Virus record (IMG/VR): IMGVR_UViG_3300017963_000205
Source: an uncultured virus (IMG/VR IMGVR_UViG_3300017963_000205)
Lineage: Duplodnaviria; Heunggongvirae; Uroviricota; Caudoviricetes
Length of the DNA: 20,000 nt
Strand: one strand, 5' to 3'
How positions within the stretch are numbered: the first letter of the stretch is position 1; each line of letters starts with the position of its first letter. The translations under genes were made by a program, and so were the position numbers. This document shows positions 9,063-14,924 of this stretch, in pieces. The notes under the pieces were generated by a model. The model saw only the letters and a program-made list of their open reading frames with translations. It searched no databases and had not been told where the DNA came from.

Positions 9063-9930
9063 GGGGCACACGTATGTCAGGCGAGTGGAGGGGCCAAAAG
9101 GCTACCGTCTTTTGGCTCACCCCTCGCAGGTGCCCCTGATTGAATCTTGCGCCAAGCTCGGCGATACCCGATTCTGCTGTTCCAACCTTCTGCGCGGCTC
9201 AAACCTTATGGATGGCGAGCAGGTGGTGGACCGGATGACTTCGCTGGGAGAACCCGAATACGTTTTTAGGGATGATGTCCGTGACGGCTTGAAGTTTGCC
9301 GCTGCATACAACGAGACCGAGTTGAGAAGCAGCGGCGACGTTCAGCGGCTTCTTCTGCGCTTGCGCCATCACCCGGCCGTTTTTGGTGGACTGGGTTTTG
9401 CTTTCAGAAACATGTTCACACCACATATAGCCCGTCTTCTGGCGGAGATCTACGACATACGGCGTTTCTTCAAGCCCGGGCATTCCAGAAGCATTTCCCG
9501 GCTGAAGAACTACTTCCGAGTGGTCACGCCGAAGCGCGTACGGAGCCTGCACGGAAGGACGACCCAGACGCTGGGTGACGTCCGTTTGATGATCGCGTTG
9601 GACGCATGGCGGGATCACCCGATGACGGGCGACGCCATTGGGGAGGACCGGCCCACGGATGCATACTTTCCGGGGTTCTACTATGTGATGTGCAACGACA
9701 TGGAGCAGGCTCACATAGATCCTCATGTTTTCACGGCTTATGCCGCCTGGCGCACGACGGTCGCGTTCCTGCAGTTCGTCTTCTGGACGTGGGGCCAGCA
9801 GGTGGGGGCACCTCGGTTCGATCCCGAAAAACTCTTTCGTGGGCAGTACATTTGTGAGGGAGATGTGGCTCAAAGTTTCCGCAAGTATATCAGTCAGCTC
9901 GATCTTGACGACATGGAGATGCTGTTTTAA
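9040..9930 (+). CDS. Hypothetical protein containing a degenerate IS110/IS116 (Transposase_20)-like HhH segment
   Basis: ARLLAEIYDIRRF...SRLKNYFRV resembles the AAxILAEIGDIxRF...LxxYxGL pattern. The TTG start is uncertain. Confidence 0.55.
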   Translation: MDYLLQCEGHTYVRRVEGPKGYRLLAHPSQVPLIESCAKLGDTRFCCSNLLRGSNLMDGEQVVDRMTSLGEPEYVFRDDVRDGLKFAAAYNETELRSSGDVQRLLLRLRHHPAVFGGLGFAFRNMFTPHIARLLAEIYDIRRFFKPGHSRSISRLKNYFRVVTPKRVRSLHGRTTQTLGDVRLMIALDAWRDHPMTGDAIGEDRPTDAYFPGFYYVMCNDMEQAHIDPHVFTAYAAWRTTVAFLQFVFWTWGQQVGAPRFDPEKLFRGQYICEGDVAQSFRKYISQLDLDDMEMLF

Positions 9931-9933
9931 GCT
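9905..9933 (+). promoter_or_regulatory. Candidate sigma70-type promoter for the lipoprotein-glycosylase-tRNA-Pth cluster
   Basis: TTGACG (9905-9910), 17-nt spacer, TAAGCT (9928-9933), just upstream of SD TAAGGAGG and ATG 9955. Confidence 0.5.
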
Positions 9934-9954
9934 ATACGGGTAAGGAGGAATCCC

Positions 9955-10251
9955 ATGCGAAAAATCCTCGCAGCCCTCGCTCTCACCGTTCTTCTGACCG
10001 GGTGTGTAGACGACCGCATCAAGCGCCAGATCAGTCTGACCAACACTCGGACGCAGGTGGCTGCCAAGGAGTTCAATGAGGCAGCCACGCCAGAGGAAAA
10101 GGTGAAGGTCGCCGACAGATACATCAACGGGGTGCCCGAAAGAGAGGTGCCTGGGATGAAGCACATGACCCAGGTGGCCGACGACTACTTTCAGGGCAAG
10201 GACCCGAAGGACCCGTTGAACATCCTCAAGAAAAAGAAGCCGGACGAGTAG
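9955..10251 (+). CDS. Small lipoprotein (98 aa), TAG stop
   Basis: MRK + hydrophobic stretch + lipobox LTG-C; strong SD TAAGGAGG. Confidence 0.8.
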   Translation: MRKILAALALTVLLTGCVDDRIKRQISLTNTRTQVAAKEFNEAATPEEKVKVADRYINGVPEREVPGMKHMTQVADDYFQGKDPKDPLNILKKKKPDE

Positions 10252-10254
10252 AAG

Positions 10255-10848
10255 GTGGCTTCACTTCTCCGGGAACGCACAGATGAAGAGCTGGAATGGT
10301 TTCTCTTCTTCTCGATCGCTGTTGCCGGCAAAACAGGACTCATTGTCGAGCAGGCCGTCGAGCGCTTCTTCCAGTTTGCGCATGAGCGGCCTTTTGAATA
10401 CATACGACAGTTGATGGCTGATGGTTGGTACACGGCGGCCCTGCGCGCGGCGCGGGTCGGTCAGTACACCAAGATGAACCGAGCCATGAGGCACATCATT
10501 CAAAGCGGGCTCAACCCACGGACCTGCACGCTGGATGAGCTGGAAGCCGTGCCTGGCATCGGGCCGAAGACGGCCCGGTTCTTTCTGCTTTACACGCGCC
10601 CCGGGCAGCGCGTGGCCGCGCTTGACATTCACATCCTGCGGTTTCTGCGCAGGATCGGCGTGGACGCGCCCGACAACACGCCACAGAACCCAAAAACATA
10701 CCGTCGGCTGGAGAAAGCGTTTCTGGATGCTGCCGACGGGTTGGAGATGACCCCTGCCGAGCTGGACGACGTTCTCTGGCGGGGAAGCTCATACAAGCCC
10801 AAAGCGCCTGTAGCTCAGCTGGCAGAGCCGGGTCTTCTAAAGTCCTGA
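10255..10848 (+). CDS. HhH-GPD superfamily DNA glycosylase/AP lyase-like protein (8-oxoG glycosylase-like)
   Basis: HhH motif LEAVPGIGPKTARFFL with Lys, a downstream AALDIHIL Asp motif, and C-terminal YRRLE...ELDDVLW. GTG start with a weak SD. Confidence 0.75.
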   Translation: MASLLRERTDEELEWFLFFSIAVAGKTGLIVEQAVERFFQFAHERPFEYIRQLMADGWYTAALRAARVGQYTKMNRAMRHIIQSGLNPRTCTLDELEAVPGIGPKTARFFLLYTRPGQRVAALDIHILRFLRRIGVDAPDNTPQNPKTYRRLEKAFLDAADGLEMTPAELDDVLWRGSSYKPKAPVAQLAEPGLLKS

Positions 10849-10880
10849 GAGCGTAGGTTCGAGTCCTACCGGGCGCACCA
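10804..10880 (+). tRNA. tRNA with CUA anticodon (amber suppressor), encoded CCA end
   Basis: Acceptor GCGCCTG/CGGGCGC; D arm GCTC-AGCTGGCA-GAGC; anticodon arm GGGTC-TTCTAAA-GTCCT (CTA at 10837-10839; one U-U mismatch, one G-U); T arm GTAGG-TTCGAGT-CCTAC; ends ACCA. Confidence 0.88.
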
Positions 10881-10890
10881 AACCACGAAG

Positions 10891-10973
10891 GGAGGCATCA
10901 TGGGATAGGGCTGTCGCTGTCGTGATCCTCCACGTTTCAGAGCCGTAGACCATTTAACCCTGAATCTGGAGGA
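10891..10973 (+). promoter_or_regulatory. Putative translational switch leader: SD + ATG-GGA-TAG mini-ORF with two mutually exclusive hairpins
   Basis: GGAGG 10891-10895, ATG 10900, TAG 10906-10908. CCTCC (10927-10931) can pair with the upstream GGAGG or, as TCCTCCA, with TGGAGGA (10967-10973), the SD of the next gene. Confidence 0.55.
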
Positions 10974-10980
10974 AATTGGA

Positions 10981-11586
10981 ATGGAAATCACAGTAAGAGA
11001 TGTGGCCGTTCACCACCATCAACGGGTATGTGAGCTGCTGATGGAAACCAAAGACGAGCTGGACGAGATCATGGAGCTGGAGTCGGCCGAAGGCGTGACC
11101 AAGCCCGGTGAACTCGTCTGCAAGAAGAAGAATGGCCGCAGGGTGTACAGCATCTTCTGCGGAGCGCCCGAGGGTTCGAAGGCAAAGGAGGCGTTCAAAG
11201 TCTACGCGCGGTATGAGGGGCTCCGGCACCAATCCAGGATCTGGCACAACATCACGTACGCGTTGAAGCTGTGCGAGCGGCATGGGGTGAGCCCTGAGTC
11301 TGTTGCATTTTCGGGGGTTGCTCTTGCCAAAAGCATGAAAACCGAGAATCACCGCAAGGACTTCTGTGCGGCCACAATGCACATTGCTCCGAAGGCTATG
11401 GGGCGCGGTGAGGTGCGGGCGCTCACATTGGGCGCAGCCAAACAGTTGTTCAAGATCAAGGCGCGCCTCGATAATGGAGGCTACCGCTACGTCCGTGAGT
11501 GGAAGGAGAAGCGGGAAACCGAACGCGCCGAGCGCCAGCAGCAGATGGCAGACACAAAATCTGGGAGGGAACCCGTAACGGTTTAA
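10981..11586 (+). CDS. Hypothetical basic protein (201 aa) upstream of the Pth2-like gene
   Basis: SD GGAGG at 10968-10972; its TAA stop overlaps the TAAGGAGGT SD of the next gene. Confidence 0.8.
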   Translation: MEITVRDVAVHHHQRVCELLMETKDELDEIMELESAEGVTKPGELVCKKKNGRRVYSIFCGAPEGSKAKEAFKVYARYEGLRHQSRIWHNITYALKLCERHGVSPESVAFSGVALAKSMKTENHRKDFCAATMHIAPKAMGRGEVRALTLGAAKQLFKIKARLDNGGYRYVREWKEKRETERAERQQQMADTKSGREPVTV

Positions 11587-11596
11587 GGAGGTAGCC

Positions 11597-11911
11597 ATGA
11601 AGATGTACGTGTTGACCCGGCGTGACCTCACGCCGGCGCAGCGCGTCGTCCAATCATGCCACGCCGTCGCGCAGCTTGTGCTGCGCAGCGGCACGGACCC
11701 ATAGGTCCGGCATTGGGGGGACGCGCATCAGACGCTCGTCGTATTGGGCGTGAACGACCAGGAAGAGCTGGAACGTTGGGAGTCGAGGCTCAAGCAGGAG
11801 AGGGTACACCATGAGGTGTTCGTCGAACCGGATTTCGGCGAACAGAAAACAGCTTTGGCGGTGAGCCCGGCTACCGACCCACGACTATTCAGAGAGCTGC
11901 GGCTTCTCTGA
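11597..11911 (+). CDS. Pth2-like peptidyl-tRNA hydrolase (104 aa) with an in-frame TAG at codon 36 (readthrough gene or pseudogene); absent from the ORF track
   Basis: Reads MKMYVLTRRDLTPAQRVVQSCHAVAQLVLRSGTDP*VRHWGDAHQTLVVLGVNDQEELERWESRLKQERVHHEVFVEPDFGEQKTALAVSPATDPRLFRELRLL. Pth2-fold hallmarks (YvlxRxDL, QxxHA, W, VVL, EPD, TALA, terminal LxLL) lie on both sides of the TAG at 11702-11704. Perfect SD TAAGGAGGT. Confidence 0.85.
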
Positions 11912-11918
11912 AACGGGA

Positions 11919-11937
11919 CGCCCGGCTCGGCCGGGCG
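11919..11937. other. GC-rich hairpin downstream of the Pth2-like gene (no U-tract)
   Basis: CGCCCGGC-TCG-GCCGGGCG, a perfect 8-bp inverted repeat. Confidence 0.6.
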
Positions 11938-11976
11938 CCTCCATTCGGATTGGTCCCGGCCAGAAAGGAGCACAAG

Positions 11977-12303
11977 ATGGCTTTTGATTGGGATCAAGTC
12001 CTTGAGGTGGCAGAGGACAGCGGCAAAGAGCTGCTGGATCTTCTGAAGCCATACATTCCCGCTTTGAAGCGGGAAGGCAAAGAGGTCTATGAGGGTTTCC
12101 TGAAGCATCTGTTCGATGCCGACTGGGAGGCCATAGACCGTCAAATGTACGAACACATGACGCCGGAAGAGCGCGAGGTTCTCGATTCACAAGTCTACAA
12201 GGACGCCATACAGGCCACGCGCGCCAAGTTCCGGCAAAAGGAGCTGGTGCGTGAGGTCATGTTCAGGGTCAGCCTCCGACTCTTGATGGTGGCAATCCTT
12301 TAA
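11977..12303 (+). CDS. Hypothetical protein (108 aa) with a hydrophobic C-terminal tail
   Basis: ATG 11977 after SD AAGGAG; ends VSLRLLMVAIL-TAA. Confidence 0.75.
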   Translation: MAFDWDQVLEVAEDSGKELLDLLKPYIPALKREGKEVYEGFLKHLFDADWEAIDRQMYEHMTPEEREVLDSQVYKDAIQATRAKFRQKELVREVMFRVSLRLLMVAIL

Positions 12304-12331
12304 GCGCTCCTTCCGGCGAAAGGAGGAGCAC

Positions 12332-12646
12332 ATGCAAACGGCGAAGCGATGCCAGATCATCCTATCCCCCCGGTGTTTCGATGACATGTTTGGAAGACGC
12401 ATGAAAATCGTGAACGCCTTTTTAAGTTGGGGGCGGTTAGTCATCAATGTAGAGGGTGTCGGCTTTACCGGAGACTCCGCCGAGGAGGTCATGGTGGAGG
12501 AGTTCGATTCTCTCCCGCAGTTGCGAAACTGGATTGGGAGGCAGCTGACCAATGGAAGTGGTAGCCACGCTCCGGTTTCTAACGCCCAGCCTCGGCAACG
12601 CAAGAGGCGAGCGTCGGGACCGCATGCTGTACAGCACCGAAGGTGA
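12332..12646 (+). CDS. Hypothetical protein (104 aa)
   Basis: Strong SD AAGGAGGAG; the last 95 nt overlap the next gene. Confidence 0.6.
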   Translation: MQTAKRCQIILSPRCFDDMFGRRMKIVNAFLSWGRLVINVEGVGFTGDSAEEVMVEEFDSLPQLRNWIGRQLTNGSGSHAPVSNAQPRQRKRRASGPHAVQHRR

Positions 12647-13001
12647 GGTGGTGTATCTGCAATCCTGGTGGCGGTCGAGCCTGGGCTATGCCGCGCAGGC
12701 TCTCTGCCGCCACCAGGGGACAATAGACAAGATCCAGGCGGACCCTGTTGTGCGGGGCCCGGTATCCATACACAAGAGGTTCTATAGTCCGACTTCGTTT
12801 AAGGAGCATGAAGCGTTCCTCGCCGGAACCGAGGTTGAGGTTCGCTTCATGCTGCCAAAGAAACTGCGTTTGGAGGCGTTCAGGGAGCTTCTTGAAACGG
12901 CCGGCAAGTACGCCGGTATCTCCCCGTACGGCTACAAGCAGGATTACGGGAGGTTCATCGTTGTCGACGTCCGTTCCGGTTCAAATCACAAGGATCGGTG
13001 A
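12552..13001 (+). CDS. Stand-alone minimal RAMP (Cas7/Csm3-like RRM fold) protein
   Basis: N-terminal strand TLRFLTPSLG, central HEAFLAGTEVEVRFML, and a C-terminal helix plus Gly-rich loop LLETAGKYAGISPYGYKQDYGRFIV. This is the motif order typical of RAMPs. SD GGGAGG. Confidence 0.6.
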   Translation: MEVVATLRFLTPSLGNARGERRDRMLYSTEGEVVYLQSWWRSSLGYAAQALCRHQGTIDKIQADPVVRGPVSIHKRFYSPTSFKEHEAFLAGTEVEVRFMLPKKLRLEAFRELLETAGKYAGISPYGYKQDYGRFIVVDVRSGSNHKDR

Positions 13002-14406
13002 TCTCGTCCGCGTGCCGAGGGTTGTATTCGACTACGCCGGGCTGGACCCGCTCCTGACCTATTACCGACGTGTTCAAGACGGCGCCAACCCCGCTGACGC
13101 CGATTTGGAGGAAACGAAGCTGTACGCGTTCGACGGGAACGGCGACGCGCTGGTTCAGGCGGGGCTGATTTCTCGCATGTTCCAGCGTTTGCGGGATGTG
13201 GGGTACGCCCCGTTCATCGACGATCGGCGTGGAGCGGTGCTTCCGCCTCCCGATTACAACCGGCTGGACCTGCACACGCTTCGTGAGGACCAGATACAAA
13301 TGATCGCCTCCGTCGTCTCTCACGATCGGGGGATCATCGAGGGGCCCACTGGCTCCGGCAAGTCCTTCGTGATCGGGCAGCTCTGCAAAATGTGGCCGAG
13401 CGCCAAGGTCATCATCTGTTCACCCGTCATGGGCGTTCTGCACACGGCCGTCGAGGAGCTGCGTGCCTGCTTCCCGAAGAACCAGGTGGGCATGTGCGGT
13501 GACGGCTTCAGAGAGATTCGCAGGATCACCTGCAGCACAACCAAGAGCCTCGGGTATTGCGATCTGGACGACTGTCAGCTCTTCATCTTTGATGAGGTGC
13601 ATAGGGCTGCCGCGCCCGAGACGTCCAGAATGATCGCCCGGGTGCGCAACGCGCGCAGGTACGGATTCTCGGCCTCGCCCGACGGCAGAAGCGATCTTGC
13701 CGACATGGAGGCTGAAGCCATGTTCGGCCCGATCGTCTACAAGGGCACCTACCAGGAGTCCCAGGCGCGCGGCGCCGTGGTTCCGATCGAGGTGTACATG
13801 GTCAGCTGCTACGCAGTGCCGAACGAGGACTACGACGGCACCGTGGCGCTGGAACGCAATATGTTGTGGCGTTGCGCGCACAGGAACGGATTGATTGTGT
13901 CCGCAGTGCGCTGGCTGCAGCGAACTTTTGATCCTGACATGCAAATTCAGATCATAGTAGCCAAGGTGGAGCACGCCGCTCACCTTGCCCCGGCTCTCCC
14001 CGATTTCGAGCTGGTCTACGGCAGCATGCATGCCAACGATCGGAAGAAATGGGAGAACAACAACCTCATTCCGAAGGACAAGCACCCGATCACGGCCGCC
14101 GAGCGCGAGGAAATGCGCCGGGCCTTTCGGGCGGGCACGCTCCGTCGCGTGATCTCCACGCATACGTGGGGCACCGGCGTCGACTTCCCCAAGTTGGGTG
14201 CGATGATCCGCGCCGACGGCGGTTCCGGCAAGATCGCCAACATCCAGCTCACGGGACGCGTAACACGCCCCTCCGACGGCAAGGAGGTGGGCGTCGTCAT
14301 CGACTTCGACGATGTTCACAACCGCCGATTGTCGGGCAGGGCCCTCAAACGGATCGTAACTTACAGGAGCAAAGGATGGAAGGTCGGGAGCCTGCGCCTG
14401 AACTGA
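12961..14406 (+). CDS. Superfamily 2 DExH helicase (UvsW/XPB-like)
   Basis: Q-motif LREDQ, Walker A GPTGSGKS, DEVH, SAS, GVDFP, QLTGRVTR. Probable TTG start at 12961, 7 nt after GGGAGG; the track start at 12748 lies deep inside the RAMP gene. Confidence 0.9.
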   Translation: MSTSVPVQITRIGDLVRVPRVVFDYAGLDPLLTYYRRVQDGANPADADLEETKLYAFDGNGDALVQAGLISRMFQRLRDVGYAPFIDDRRGAVLPPPDYNRLDLHTLREDQIQMIASVVSHDRGIIEGPTGSGKSFVIGQLCKMWPSAKVIICSPVMGVLHTAVEELRACFPKNQVGMCGDGFREIRRITCSTTKSLGYCDLDDCQLFIFDEVHRAAAPETSRMIARVRNARRYGFSASPDGRSDLADMEAEAMFGPIVYKGTYQESQARGAVVPIEVYMVSCYAVPNEDYDGTVALERNMLWRCAHRNGLIVSAVRWLQRTFDPDMQIQIIVAKVEHAAHLAPALPDFELVYGSMHANDRKKWENNNLIPKDKHPITAAEREEMRRAFRAGTLRRVISTHTWGTGVDFPKLGAMIRADGGSGKIANIQLTGRVTRPSDGKEVGVVIDFDDVHNRRLSGRALKRIVTYRSKGWKVGSLRLN

Positions 14407-14924
14407 TTGCCGAGTACGCGGAGCGCCTGAAGGACAGCTACCTTTTTCTGAGAAAAAGAATCCGGCCCAACATCAAGCGTATCGCTTCGGGGCAGGATCA
14501 CTTATGGAAAAGGGCGGCCGTGGCGCTGATCAACAACGAGGCGGACCCGGCGGAATTTGTCCAATTCGTGTTTGACAAAATCCTTGTCAACCACGATGAC
14601 GTGTTCGTGAACATGGTCACATCGATCGCTCTGGTCGGTGAGTTCACGGAGGAGGCTAAACCGTTACGTGATAAGAGGTTGGAGGTCGTTGCGGCTTCCC
14701 AACTGCATGCCCTTGCTACCCGTATTCGGGACGGTCAGGACATGCGCAAAGCGTTAACGGACCCGGACGCGAACTTCTCGGCGGTTTTCCGATATGTTGT
14801 GGCTCTGGAGCATGGGCACCACGACATAGCGGATCGTTATCGCTCTGACGCCGAGCGTATGATGCGGTTCAAACCGCATTACAAAAAGCTGTTCAAAGAG
14901 TGGCTGAGGAAAGCCGATGCCTGA
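14376..14924 (+). CDS. Hypothetical helical protein (182 aa) in the replication module
   Basis: ATG 14376 after AGGAG; overlaps both neighbouring genes by a short stretch. Confidence 0.75.
   Translation: MEGREPAPELIAEYAERLKDSYLFLRKRIRPNIKRIASGQDHLWKRAAVALINNEADPAEFVQFVFDKILVNHDDVFVNMVTSIALVGEFTEEAKPLRDKRLEVVAASQLHALATRIRDGQDMRKALTDPDANFSAVFRYVVALEHGHHDIADRYRSDAERMMRFKPHYKKLFKEWLRKADA

Noticed and set aside
9040..9930. Active IS110 insertion sequence
   Set aside because: No catalytic DEDD domain, no non-coding ends and no element boundaries are visible.
10829..10845. Reading the tRNA as Arg(TCT)
   Set aside because: That register gives C-C and G-G mismatches in the anticodon stem and no nucleotide 26, and the D-loop lacks A20. 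The CUA register pairs better.
10804..10880. Pyrrolysine tRNA/system
   Set aside because: The tRNA has a canonical D-loop GG, T-loop TTCGA and normal spacing, unlike tRNA-Pyl; no pylS or pylBCD genes are in the window.
11924..11938. Three GGC-NN pentamers near the RAMP-like gene as a possible repeat guide RNA
   Set aside because: Only three units, fully explained by the GC-rich inverted repeat at 11919-11937.
2755..14375. Track start positions 2755, 4346, 4734, 11950, 12748 and 14049
   Set aside because: Each runs across a terminator, extends well into a neighbouring gene, or lacks an SD. The downstream starts 2884, 4388, 4917, 11977, 12961 and 14376 have SD sequences and fit the operon packing.
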